64,000 nt of DNA from Phoronis australis (GCA_002633005.1 NMRA01000842.1:59928-123927), one strand, 5' to 3'; shown: positions 12,628-24,763, counted from the first letter of the stretch. Numbers and translations: made by a program. The notes: generated by a model from the sequence alone, not told the origin.

Positions 12628-13449
12628 ATGGCAGAGGGACATAGTGATACAAAGCTTGTTACTGACCTCGCCTCAACTCTCCAGACGCTTGCAATGCAAA
12701 CAACTCAGGTAAACGCGGTATCCATCAGGTTGCCGGACTTTTGGACAAAATCGCCCGAAGTTTGGTTTGCCAAAGTCGAGGCTCAGTTTGGAACAAAAGG
12801 GATTGTACAAGATCAGACAAAATATGATTACGTGGTGAGTGCCCTTGATGTCAACACAGCCGACGAAGTTCAGGCTATACTACTCCACCCACCACTCACA
12901 AACAAGTATAACGCATTGAAGTCCGCGCTCATCAACGCTTTTGGAAAGTCCCAGGCACAGAAGGACTCTGAGCTTTTGAACCTCAATGGCCTGGGTGACA
13001 AACGTCCCACCGCTCTGATGAGACGTATCAACGCTCTCAATGATGACCCCCAGACTTTAAAACGTGCTTTATTCCTAACGAACCTGCCTTCCGACGTTCG
13101 CACTATCCTGGCGGGCCACAGCATTAATAGCATAGAGGACCTTGATACGACCGCGGACCGTATCTGGGAGGCACGTACTGCCGGAGTGCAACATGTCTCT
13201 ATACCTACCAACAGTCAGACAACGTTTTCGGGTTTTTATGATGACAACGCCAAGTCCACGTCCGATAAGCGCTTCCGACGCTGTTCCCGTTCCCAGCACG
13301 GTGACGCCAGCCCCCTTATGGGTTCCTCCACCGTATGCTTCTACCATATGAAGTTTGGGCCCAAGGCTCGTCGATGCCAGCCTGGCTGCAAGTTTGCGTC
13401 ACTGATACCCAAGACAAACAACCAGGGAAACGCCACAGCCAGCCGTTGA
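12628..13449 (+). CDS. gag: Gypsy gag (273 aa, open)
   Basis: RLPDFW...PEVWFAKVEAQF...TKYDYVVSAL N-terminal motif; C-terminal CFYH-x9-C-x3-C (CHCC) knuckle. Confidence 0.9.
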   Translation: MAEGHSDTKLVTDLASTLQTLAMQTTQVNAVSIRLPDFWTKSPEVWFAKVEAQFGTKGIVQDQTKYDYVVSALDVNTADEVQAILLHPPLTNKYNALKSALINAFGKSQAQKDSELLNLNGLGDKRPTALMRRINALNDDPQTLKRALFLTNLPSDVRTILAGHSINSIEDLDTTADRIWEARTAGVQHVSIPTNSQTTFSGFYDDNAKSTSDKRFRRCSRSQHGDASPLMGSSTVCFYHMKFGPKARRCQPGCKFASLIPKTNNQGNATASR

Positions 13450-15609
13450 ACGTGGTAGCGGCCGGCGTTTCCACCTCCAACACACTGGTAGATATTTTTT
13501 AATTGACACTGGTGCCGACGTTTCTGTTTATCCTGCCTCTGCAACAGACCGCAAGACCAATCCACCTTCCGCACCTCTCTTCGCTGCTAACGGAACTTCC
13601 ATAAACACATGGGGCACCTGTACCCTCTCGGTGGTGCTCAGCTCTAAGCAGCAGTACGCTCATGAATTTTATCTTGCCGATGTTACTCGCCCGATTCTAG
13701 GAACTGAATTTTTTATTGCCCACGACCTAGTTATTGATCTCAAAGGCAAGCGCCTTTTGTCTATTGATAATCCCTCTGCACTTCTGTGACATAACACGAT
13801 TTCACTGACCCTTGCGGGTCTCTCCCTTCATGCCCACGACGAGTACTCACTTTTGTTACAACAGTTTTCAGAGCTGTTTACCCCGTGTTTCGATTCCACG
13901 GCGAATAAACACGGTGTTGAACACCATATCATAACCCAGGGACCACCTGTCCACGCACGTGCCCGACGTTTGAATCCTGAACGACTGGCGGAGAAAGATG
14001 AATTTCTGCGAATGGAAAAGATGGGTATAATTCGCCGATCCAATTCACCGTGGTCTTCACCGCTCCATGTCGTCCCCAAGCCTGGCGGTCTATGGCGCCC
14101 TTGCGGTGACTACAGACAACTTAATGCTTCAACCACGGATGACCGCTACCCGTTGCCACATATCCATGATTTCAACAAACATCTGACCAGATGCCAAGTT
14201 TTCTCCAAAATTGATCTGGTTCGAGGCCATCATCAGATTCCGGTTGCGCCGTCTTCTGTGACCAAGACTGCAATAATCACACCTTTTGGATTGTGGGAAT
14301 TTCTTCGCATGCCCTTTGGCCTCAAGAACGCTGCCCAGGCTTTCCAATGCCTTATGGATGGCATTTTCAGGGACGTTTCGTTCGCTTTTGTCTACCTCGA
14401 TGACATCTTGGTGGCCAGCCGCTCGCATGCCGAACATCTGGAACATCTTCGTCAGATCTTTATGCTGCTGTCCTCCAACGGTCTTCGTCATCAATAAGCC
14501 CGAGTGCATTTTTGGTGCTGCCGAATTGGCTTTCCTTGGACACCACGTCACAGCCCGTGGGATCCTTCCGCTCCCCGATCGCGTATCCTCTATTCAAGAT
14601 TGTGCTCCCCAACCAATCGTGCTGAGCTGCAACGATTTCTGGGATTGATGAACTACTATCACCGTTTTATTCCACACGTCGCATTCATGGGCTGTCCCAC
14701 GCTGGCGTTCGCCCTACTCAGCAGGCTCTCACTCAGCGCTTTGTCTGGCGTGGTATGAAACGTGATATACAGCGGTGGTGCAAAGAGTGTCATGCTTGTC
14801 AAGCTTCCAAGATACATCGACACACACGGGCACCTTTGGTAAAGCGTCCCGCTCCGGCTGCCAGGTTTCGCAGTCTCCACGTGGATCTTGTTGGCCCACT
14901 ACCAGCGAGCCAAGGCATGACCTATCTCTTCACGATCATTGACCGTTTCACCAGGTGGCCCGAGGCCATACCACTTCCTGACGCCCAAGCTTCCTCCTGT
15001 GCAGCTGCTCTTGTCCATCATTGGATTTCCCGCTTTGGTGTGCCTGAGGACATCGCGTCTGACCGCGGTGCTCAGTTCACTTCGGCACTTTGGAGTGAAT
15101 GCAACAAGCTCTTGGGTGTTACTACTCATACCACAACTGCATACCACTCACAAGCGAATGGCATGATAGAACGTTTTCACCGCGCCCTCAAGGCGTCTCT
15201 CAAGGCGCGCACTACCAGCCCGCACTGGTTTGCAGAACTGCCACTGGTCTTGCTAGGGATACGTTCGTCCTGGCGAGTGGATCCCGGCTGTTCTCCCGCT
15301 GAACTTGTGTATGGGTCACCTCTCCACTTGCCAGGTGAGTTTCTTCAACCGCTCGAAGCTCGTACGATGGAGCCGTATTCAATTTTCTTAAAGCATCTAC
15401 AACACACCATGCGTGCTGTGCAGCCCGCGCCTTCTAATTTCCATGGCGGTCGCCCCAGTTATATACCCTCCAACTTGGCGTCTACAGGGTATGTGTATGT
15501 GCACCATGATGCTTACCGTCATCCGCTCCAGCGCCCCTACGATGGCCCGTTTCGCATACTCAACACAAATGACAAGTTCTACACTCATGACATTAAGGGT
15601 CGCGAGTAG
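13430..15609 (+). pseudogene. pol: Disrupted pol: protease (LIDTGADVS), RT (YLDD) and integrase; frameshifted, connection/RNase H missing
   Basis: DTG motif at ~13500; RT motifs RPCGDYR, FSKIDL, MPFGLKNA, VYLDDIL in 13853-14497; integrase H-H-CC zinc region, HVDLVGP, SDRG, NGMIERFHR and GPF in ~14680-15609; in-frame stops and frame jumps. Confidence 0.92.
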
Positions 15610-15858
15610 TCGCTTCTGTCACCCAGTTCACGACCTCGGATGACACCTTCACACGTCCCGATGCCTCTTCGCCATTAGTGCTCCCCTCGCCGCCGGCTCC
15701 CCTCGACTCTACCGACCGACCTGTGCCATCAACGTCTGTTGCTGCCGATCAGCCTTCTAAAGTTACTCGTTCTGGCCGCGTTTCGCGCTTGCCTGTGCGT
15801 TTTCGTGATTCTCCACCCACTTCGGATTTGCCTTAGTCCTCCGCTTGGAGGGGGGTAC

Positions 15859-15995
15859 TGTGGTGCCACCTATCAGTTATAACGATTTGTTAAATCACTG
15901 TAGTTTAGTCTCATTTTTGTCAATATACCAACATCAAGTGTCTGCTTCAATATAGTATTTTATTTGCTTATAACTGTGTGTTTCTGATTCCTACA
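15859..15995 (+). repeat. 3' LTR (137 bp, TG...CA)
   Basis: Direct repeat of the 5' LTR after the polypurine tract. Confidence 0.95.
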
Positions 15996-16410
15996 AATCT
16001 AGTCCATGTTGGTGAATCTGAGACTAGTTAACATTCAATATCGTCATTTTGGCGCAGGGCTATGGTTGATTAAACAGTTGGATGTCACGTCCTGCAGTAT
16101 AATTCCCAATGTTTTTTGTAAACTCGGACACGATAAAATGAATGAAGCAGAAATCTTACTGTTTCTTACTTCATTAGCAAGCCCAGGGGCTTTCCCATTT
16201 TAGAAAATTCGTATCGAAGTCGTTGCCTGGTCTCCGGTCGGCTGTATTAAGTATATATGCATTGTTGGATAACCAGGCAGAAACGAGGTACGAAAGGAGA
16301 TTGGGGATTGAATGACCGTGTTTAATGGGGGCATCCCATTGTAGAATTATTTTTCCCTTTCGATCCACAAACAGCGAAATGTGCCGTGTGACTTGTACTC
16401 AATCATTGTT

Positions 16411-16596
16411 ACTAGCGATCATTTTTGCTAGCGATCATTTCTACTAACGATCATTTTAACTAGCGATCATTTTTACTAGCAATTCATTTTACTAGCGATC
16501 ATTTTTACGAGCGATCATTTTTACTAGCGATCATTTTTACTAGCGATCATTTTTACTAGCGACCATTTTTACTAGAGATCATTTTTACTAGCGATT
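16411..16596. repeat. 16-bp tandem array ACTAGCGATCATTTTT (~11 copies) inside the hAT-like element
   Basis: Read directly, with point variants. Confidence 0.9.
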
Positions 16597-17105
16597 TTTG
16601 TGTGCTGGTGAAGTTTCCCCGTCACGATTAGGTGTGTGGTGGTCAATTTGAGTATGATTTATGAGTGGCGGGGCCAAAAAGGAGCGTGGCGGGCTACCCA
16701 GAAGTTTACATGCAGGGGAAACCCTGCTGTATATCTACAGAATAATGCTATTTAAATTATAATAAAATAATTTTTCTTCATAAGTATTTTTAAAGAACAG
16801 AGAGTGTTTACAAAACAAAATTTTGACTTTTCTGTCACATTTTGCCTCCAACTGAACCAACAGCAGGCATTAGGGCACAAGTCAGATATAAGGTGCTGAC
16901 ATTTTGAGAACCAGTTTGATGCCTGTGGAGAAAACTGGTTCTCAAATGCGGGCATGTTAGATCTTACTATTACGACTGGTAGCAGGGCCAGATGAGTACT
17001 AAGGGTTATAGAAGGGAGATACATAACAAGACAAACCCTGTTTAATGAAATTTCACTTGACAATGCCATAAAACAAAGACTTTATAATATCAGTCGTCTT
17101 TTTAC

Positions 17106-17198
17106 CCTTGTAATACACCTTTAAGAAGGTCACCCCAGTTGACACTTGTCACAGGAAAGATGCCCGCATTCATGTATATCACATCAATATGTCGGTAC
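17106..17198 (-). CDS. HSD17B7: HSD17B7-like coding exon 3 (93 bp): YRHIDVIYMNAGIFPVTSVNWGDLLKGVLQG
   Basis: TTCCAG| acceptor, |GTAAAA donor; SDR NAG motif; phase matches exons 2 and 4. Confidence 0.9.
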
Positions 17199-17420
17199 CT
17201 GGAACAATGAAGTAAAATTAGAGTACCTGGCAGTTCACACAAGGCAGAAAATACATTTTTTGTTGTAAGTCTAAAATGCATCACAAACACAGTGGTACTG
17301 AGGTTTGGTTGACCAGTTGTTAACACCATGGGAACACAGCCCTAAACAGTAAACCAATTTAGGTCAAAAAGGCATACAAGGGAAATAATATTTTTCATTA
17401 AAGATATGTTGTAACACTTT

Positions 17421-17580
17421 TTTAATATTAAGCTCTATACTATATCTGCTATCAAAAAATGTTTAATATTAAGCTCTATACTATAACTGCTATCACAAAA
17501 TGTTTAATATTAAGCTCTATACTATATCTGCTATCACAAAATGTTTAATATTAAGCTCTATACTATATCTGCTATCACAA
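17421..17580. repeat. Minisatellite, ~41-bp unit x4
   Basis: TTTAATATTAAGCTCTATACTATATCTGCTATCACAAAATG repeated. Confidence 0.92.
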
Positions 17581-19132
17581 AGTGTTTTGAGAAATTGTGG
17601 GCATTCATAAACTCAAAAGTATTTGAGTTTGAAAAATGACAAAAGATCAATTTCAGCAAATTACATTTGTCAAAAAATAAAAATGGTGAGATTTTACCAA
17701 TCATGATAACAACACGTCAATACATCAGAAAAACAGGTGTCAACTTTATGGATACTATGACACAAAATCAGTGATTTCAACCCAAAAACCCTTCACAACA
17801 CCAAGGGCACAGAGGACTGATAAAATGACATCAACTTCTTGGTCAACTCCTTCAGGAGTGCGCAGTTTCTTATCGCATATCCAAGGTAGGGTCTACATTC
17901 AATTCGATGGTAGAAACCTGCTGTGACCTATCATGACAAGAAAAAATAAAACAGTTCGAAAACCTAAACCTTCATTATTTTGTAAGTTTAAATGTACACA
18001 GGCAGGTTAAAAAAATCCACAATTAAATGTAATTATTTTCTAATCAAGTTATAATAATCTGAGGTGTATAAGAATTACACAAGGTTTGATGAATCATAGC
18101 TCTTAGCAGTAGCTACAGTTTTCAAAACAAAGAAAAACAAAATATCATCGATATTGTCTAGTTTCAGCTAGTTTCACAGAAGTTAAACAAAAGGTATGAT
18201 GTAAAATCGGGAATTGATCCAGACTTTTGATCAAAGCTCGTCAAAATTGAGGTCAAGTTCGATATAGGTCAATAAAGTTGGATATAGGTCAATAATTATT
18301 TTGGACTTTGTAACAACATAACCTTATGTTTACTAGTCAACAAGGTCCTACATAACCTTATGTGTTTACTTGTCAACAAGGTCTTACATAACCTTAATTT
18401 AGAATTGTCCAGCAAATTAGCATAACATCCAAAATGTTGTCAATGAATCTTCACACAAACAAAGGTGGCAGAAAGTATGATAAATAAACTGAGCCAAAAA
18501 TGCCATTTCAAGAATGACCCATGCATAATTAATTTAGAAAAACTTAATTAAGACGCTTGCTTAACTTCAAAATTTGTCTAGGATAACCAGACAATGGTAT
18601 TTTAAATAACAGTACGTCTGAACAATAATTGTCCTTCCCTGCAATCATCAGTAGTCTTGTTCAAACTTAATGAACGCAACAACACACAAAATAATCATAC
18701 ACCAAAATAATCATACAAAATGACCCATAATTCCAGTGGGTAAGATGCCCAAATTTTGAGATCCAGTTTTCTCCACTGAACAACGGGCATCAAACTGGTT
18801 TTCAAAAGGGCAAATTACATCAGACTATTGCCACCCAGTGAGCAGTGGAACAATGTGTTCGGACAGTAAATTACCACTCATGACAGGGAGACGGGATTTT
18901 GTCTCATTGTCTTGCCATTCAATGTACAGTACATGCCAAAAATAATCAGGCAAAACACTGTTTCTTCCATCATCACAGACAGGTAATGGCTCATCACAAA
19001 CCCTTTACTGTCACGGTGAATTTTGCTAGCACTGAAGCATAAGAATGTGGAATTAGGGGAATTTTGTCTGGTTATCTTACGCTGACTATAGAACAATTAA
19101 AACAGTCTGCAATCGTTAACAAATCTTCCAAC

Positions 19133-19336
19133 TTTTTCCGAAGTTCAGTAGCAGCCTTGTAGACAGATTTGAGACTTCCGACATCCACAAGAATAATGTC
19201 AATGGTGGCGTTTGGATGGGACACTTTGAGAGCATCGCGGGCGGCCTCAGCCTTCATTTTATTCCGGCATGCAAGACACAGGTGCACCATTTCATCTGCG
19301 GAGAGTAGCCGCTGACACAAGGCAAGACCGATTCCA
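19133..19336 (-). CDS. HSD17B7: HSD17B7-like coding exon 2 (204 bp): GIGLALCQRLL...HLCLACRN...VDVGSLKSVYKAATELRK
   Basis: TTTTTTCAG| acceptor, |GTTGGA donor; strong resemblance to vertebrate HSD17B7 GIGLALCKRLL...LHLCLACRN. Confidence 0.93.
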
Positions 19337-20554
19337 CTGAAAAAATAAATGCCTGACAGTGAAACAGAAATTTTAAAATGAACAGGACATTATCAAAATG
19401 TGGCTAAATATTGATGAGAGAAAGTGTTGCTAAATATGATTTTATTACTACAAAAATCCATTGTAGATCTGGTTAATTTTCATATAACTTAGCAGTATTG
19501 CCTCTCTGGTGCAGAGGAGAGCTTGGGGAGTTACTGCACAGATGCTATCACCAGTGAAGGAGTCACCAGGTACATACAAGACTCAAACAAGATGTATGAT
19601 AATCAGAGTCCCCCCCCCCCGAAAAAAGCAGGCGACCTGGTGGTGACCCAGACANCAGCAATGCTGCAATTTGACGCCAGGCGCCCCTCCCCCGCCCCCA
19701 AACTGCGAGTCCCTAGGCAACTGTTTCTGAACGGCCTGGATGCTTAACGTGCACATTGACGATCCCGAATTCAGGTCTTGGTACCGGTGGATTTTTGCAG
19801 AAAAGTAACTGATTCTCGTCACTTCAATTCAGGATACCGTAACTGATTAAAAATGCAGGATTATACCACCAGTTGAATTGAAAATTGGTTATTGCTTGCA
19901 ATCAAAATCCAACATTTGTTCGAGGTGGGCCTCCTAAGCCTAGGTGTCCCTCTGTGTGCCAAATGTACATAATATAGTAACAAAACTTTGATGGTATAAT
20001 CAGTGTTGAGGTATAATTCGTCAAAAGCCTTCCAGCGTATGGAAGGCCTATAGGATGCTCACCATCTCTACTGAGACCAGTTGAAACGTAGCCAAGGGGC
20101 TTCCGCCGCTTACGACTACGAGTACGACTAATTACATCAGTTGGAAATGCCTCCAAGTCTCTCAAAAACTTTATACACTTGCAACATTTAGCAAGCTGAC
20201 AAGGTATGACATGTGACGTATTTTTAAATCAAAATGATTAAATCAAAATGATGTAAAAATAGATAAAAAACTCCTTCTTACCAGCGCCGTACGCGGCTTT
20301 TTACTCCTTGAAAAGAAAACCTGTCAATGATATTTGACACGACAAATGATGCGCTGAACAATGATTATGTTACTACTAGACAAAAGTCATAAAGTAGGAA
20401 AGATATATACAAAATAAAAACACTTAATTCAAACTTTAAGTTCGTATTGCATGTTTGAGACAGCGCAACTCAGTTCACTTTTATCCGCCGAGTCACATAA
20501 TCCCGTCGGACCGGCTCGCACCAGTCACGGCAATCTCGCAATTGTAAATCTTGA

Positions 20555-23121
20555 TAGGCAACATGTAACTCATACACAATTAGACAGTGACCACCGTCTC
20601 TAGTTCAACTACAGCAGCTTCATACGACGGGCTAATTATGCTTGACATGGACCAAAACATTTAAGTACGACATCATATTTCCTGGCGTGTGCAGTATAAA
20701 AATAGGCAACATGTAGCCCCTCGGTTGGATAAATAGGGGCTACAATACTTCGTTTTCTGTACTAATTTCGTATTTCAAAGGGGCGGTAGGCAAAATCCGC
20801 TCACTGATTAACAGTTTTCACCTCGTCAAAAATACATTGTACACTTAAAACCATCACTCAAAAAAGCACTTAATTTCTCCAGTGATCCTTTCTGCTTCTA
20901 GACATATCTTCGACGAAGCATAACTACGATAATTATGGTGACTTTGGCGAAGAATTCCAACTCCATTTTTGGTCACCACTAACTTTTTCACCATGCACGC
21001 AATAACCTCAAAGGACTTCAACTGAGTCATGAGGGTTAGTCAAAGGCTAGCACAAGACTGAGCGAAGTGCGTGACGTGGCGCGTGACACTTGCGAAATGG
21101 CATGGGGAGATATCAGGTGAAATTTTTAAGATTTGTGTCCCCTGGACTTTTTGTTCCTCAACAGTCGAAACCTACACAAAATGGCACCCGGTGAGAGAAA
21201 CTCGAGTGAACCGCGACAGATTTTTATGGATATGTTCAAGTTATGTTGACTAAATTGTATCCAGAGTCATGTTGTGTGTGTGTTAGTTTGAAAAGAGAAT
21301 GCCACTCAAAAACCAACCATTTTGTATCAATTTAGATTGAGTAGTTCTACTCGATAACGGCACGTTCAGTTGCGTTACCGGACACCTGACGGCAGACGGA
21401 GGTGTTGAAATTATCCAATGACATAACTGGTTTCACACGCAGTCTGTTCAGCAGTAAACAACACGGGTTACTGGTGTCAGGTTATCGCTTGAATTCATTG
21501 TTTAAGACCAATAAATAATAAAACTTCGATGTAAAACCCTTAAAAATACACGTGTGTTGTATAAATTTTTTTAATTCAAAACATACAAAACGCTTGTTAT
21601 CCCGACCAGTGGCTCGGAACCCGATCAGGCCAGTCGCGGCCGCCGGGACTGGCACGAACATAAACCAGCTTGAGTTGGAAACTAAAACTCCAGTCACGAT
21701 CGAAAAGACTATAATGGTGGGGCAAAGAAATAATGGGAATTAGCCACGAAACTGAAAATCTACTTGTCGGGGGCCGCGAAGTCGCTGGGGTTCCCCATCC
21801 ACAGACCGTCAGGGCAAAGGTTGTACAATAAAAATGATTTGAATAATGAATTAGTATTTCTGAATAAAGATTCCCCCAACATGTAAAACCGAGAAATTGT
21901 TTTACAACAGCTTTCTGTCAGCAAACACTGAATTAGCATGCGCTCACGCCTCGGTGCCCGGTCCTTTATTGCCGGCACCAAAAGCCGGTAACGCAGTAGT
22001 TTATTCATAACTGGCTTCTCAACATTTGCACTCACGAATACTGCAAAGGCATAACAAATTGTATCTAATGAGACAGACTTTGTTTCAGTTTTATATAAGC
22101 ATTGGTTAGAATGAAAATAATTCATTTTGAAACAGAAAGCAGAATAAACGTCTACATGGCAACTCGCCCGGTGCCCATCCCAACTTAGTTAGTCAAGAGC
22201 TCATCCGACGAAGACTTCACGGATTGGATCGTTAGGTTTTACAGGCTATCAATTCAAACCAGAATACACATGAGAGGCGCCGTGAACATGCACAGGCAAC
22301 GAAACATATGGATAGTTCTTTGGCAAGCCAAAATTCGTCAGAGAAATCACTGTCGACGAAATGCCGGCCACAGACACAGAGATGTTTCACGGCCTCATAC
22401 TTACTATTAACAGCGTACCTTTCATTTCGGGCTCTCGAGGAAGTCATGAAAAACGATATACACACTTTCTTGGCAGCTTCATAATTCGGACAAGCGGGAA
22501 CAATGCACCGCAATATAGCGGCATTCACTCTGCAGACGAACCACTGACGTCGCTGCGTCATTTCTCACCTTCCTCACAGATTAACGCGACACCTCTCGGC
22601 AAGGTGAGGTTGACAGTATAAGAGGCAATGTGTATACAGACCGATTAAGAAGGTAAAAAAGACTAATTAAATCAGGTGGCATTCTCCTTTAATTCCATGT
22701 GCATATATGTATGTTTCATTCCATTTTGCTTGCTGTATGTTGAAATGCGTAACTTTTTATGGGGATGTACTATCGCCCTTGTATGCCTGCAGCATTCAGG
22801 GTGATGTAATTGCCTATATAAAAATGGCTAGTTACCGATTTTGGGAACTGAATGAGTGAGGGAATTCTTCAAGAATGAGTTTGATAACTGGAATGTTTGA
22901 TCGAGTTGGGAAGAATTAAAGACATCGGCGACCTCCTAAGGTGTTCCTCTATGCGCAAGTTATTTATAGCAACGTGACTTTCATGTTTTAGTCAGTGTGA
23001 GGCATAATTCGCCGAAAACCTCCCGACGTGTGAAGCTCCTATGGCAGCTACACCGTCTGTAGTTCAACTAGAGACGGTGGTCACAGTCTAAATCAATTGC
23101 ATACGAGTTACGTGTTGCCTA
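20555..23121 (-). mobile_element. ~2.6-kb TIR DNA element carrying a decayed THAP domain (PIF-Harbinger/ISL2EU- or P-like, unresolved)
   Basis: ~65-bp imperfect TIRs TAGGCAACA.GTAACTC...TAGAC.GTGACCACCGTCTCTAGTT.AACTACAG at 20555 and, inverted, ending 23121; internal THAP-like ORF. Confidence 0.75.
22232..22561 (-). pseudogene. THAP zinc-finger (C2CH) domain remnant
   Basis: CIVPACPN...FF...VCGRHFVDSDF pattern; the conserved Trp and AVPT box are not visible, so probably decayed. Confidence 0.7.
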
Positions 23122-23660
23122 CTCGCTGGTTCCCTGCATGTCACTAGATGGTAGAAAACACGCAGGTATCATTTAATTTCCTCAGGAAATTTTTTTACGC
23201 CGGCATTTCTGATTGGCTGGTTGAATTCTCAACAGGTAGCGCTTCATGCAAATAAGTCTGGCGTTACTGATGGAGGAAGTGTAAATGTGGTCTGTTGTAC
23301 AGACAAATCGGTGCTTAATTCATGTTCAAGAAATGTGAATCCCATAAAAAGTTGTGGTTGCGCCTATTCAGAGTGCATCTTTCTACTGTCGCTGACTTTT
23401 GTTTGCGTTGCTGTCCTGCATTCATACAGTATGAATAACACACTGGTTAAAGCGGCCAGATGTCTGTTTATTCGTGTATGTGCTTCAAGCATGCGGCTAT
23501 TTAACATTACTGCAGACAAAATAGTTGCTGCTACGCGCCACTTGCATCAGAAAAAAATCGCTCATAGTCCGCCATTTTCTCTCTTTGTTGTAAAGCTAAC
23601 CAATGACTGCAACAGTTACACCAACCAGTGATAAAGCGCAAGCTACTGAATGGTACCTCT
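23122..23660. mobile_element. Mutator-like (CTCGCTGG-ended) non-autonomous element, right end truncated
   Basis: Collinear with 36135-36348 plus 37753-38055; carries the empty site TTCAAGAAATGTG of the insertion seen at 36349. Confidence 0.7.
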
Positions 23661-23689
23661 TGTTGCGTGTGATCTCTACACACAGTGAA

Positions 23690-24480
23690 CTAGCCTTGGT
23701 ACAAAGCTGTATACTAAATATACAGCTTTGCACCGATGTGGATAAAAAAGTGGTAAGATAAAATGTGACACAAAATAAGTGTCATTAAACCTTACAGACT
23801 TCCTAGAGTAAACTAAAATATTTAACGGTATTGGAAAAATTGGTGTTCTTCCGTTATTCTGCTGCAAAATGTTGTGGAGCGATCTTTAGCGACGGCTTTC
23901 AGCGCCATGAAATATTGCGTCACCTATTGGCCAGTTTCTTTTTTTTGCCGATTCTTCAATCAAACGTTGTTCTTTCACAACAAATTATCGGAACTGGTTT
24001 CACTTCATTAGAAGTTTTTAGAATTTTGATGCCGAAAAACCAAATTTCAGAAGAAATTTTGCTGCTGCCAAGCTATCATCATCTCCCGAGAGGTCACAAA
24101 AATTTAGAAAAAGGCGCGTGCGTGTGACATAGGGGTACTGTTTTCAAAACGACAACATACTTTTCATTGTTAGAAAAAGCGGAGAGTTACACAAAAAATG
24201 ACGTTTATTGCACTGTTTTTCACTTAAACGGCTTTAACGGGCAAGGTGAGTGTCGGTTGATTCCCAGATTTTGCATGCACCCCGTCCGGTCTTTAGCTTT
24301 ACATGTTGACACAAGTTTCACGGCGAGGTGACGAGCAGAAATAACCTGGCTGTGTGCAATTTCTCGGTCTACGGAAGAAATACACACAGTGGTACCTAGC
24401 TGTGTTTTGACGACAGTCTTCATTTCATACAGCGCCGCCGTAATACAGCGGTGAACCACCAAAGAGTTGTCTATCATGAT
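23690..24480. repeat. Repeat module homologous (inverted) to the interior of the 36349-37747 element
   Basis: For example CAAAGCTGTATACTAAATATACAGCTTTGCACCGATGTGG, CACAACAAATTATCG.AACTGGTTTCA and GCAAGGTGAGTGT.GGTTGA match the reverse complement of 36560-37210. Confidence 0.75.
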
Positions 24481-24608
24481 TTATGACTGCCAGATTGGCG
24501 TGCTCTTGTTGGAAGCTCAGTAGCACCTGGCTTCAATTGCTAATGACAAATGACAGCGAAACAACACTAAAACCTTTGTGATTATAATGATTCAAAGTCT
24601 TTTGATAC

Positions 24609-24652
24609 CTATTTGCACCAGTTATCATGACAACTTTGCCTTGAACATCCAT
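24609..24652 (-). CDS. HSD17B7: HSD17B7-like coding exon 1 (44 bp): MDVQGKVVMITGAN(S)
   Basis: AACATGG start; joins exon 2 to form the Rossmann motif TGANSGIG; |GTATCA donor with matching phase. Confidence 0.9.
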
Positions 24653-24671
24653 GTTGAATCAGACTACCTTC

Positions 24672-24683
24672 TGCGCCTGCGCA
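24672..24683. promoter_or_regulatory. NRF1-like motif TGCGCCTGCGCA just upstream of the HSD17B7 start codon
   Basis: One mismatch to the TGCGCATGCGCA consensus, 20 nt from the ATG. Confidence 0.4.
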
Positions 24684-24763
24684 AATGTTCGGAGTTATGA
24701 ACTTCGAACTGCTGGGTGGAGTCAAGGAGTGTCGTACACTCCTTGGTGGAGTTCAATGACGCT

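Larger units (their letters stand above)
12461..15995 (+). mobile_element. Ty3/Gypsy LTR retrotransposon, CsRn1-like clade, defective
   Basis: LTRs 12461-12598 and 15859-15995 (6 substitutions plus 1 indel by eye); TSD AATC at 12457-60 and 15996-99; PBS TGGTGACC (tRNA-Trp type) at 12600; PPT GGAGGGGGG before the 3' LTR; gag-PR-RT-IN order. Confidence 0.96.
11929..16726. mobile_element. Non-autonomous hAT-like (hAT5-type) DNA element, ~1.26 kb once the nested Gypsy is removed
   Basis: TIRs CAGTGTTTCCCCTG (11929) and CAGGGGAAACCCTG (ends 16726); identical 5-bp flanks CTGTA at 11924-28 and 16727-31; subterminal AAGGAGCGTGG near both ends. Confidence 0.75.

Noticed and set aside
12870-15643. Numerous antisense and alternative-frame ORFs in the Gypsy element
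   Set aside because: Shadow ORFs of the GC-richer gag/pol
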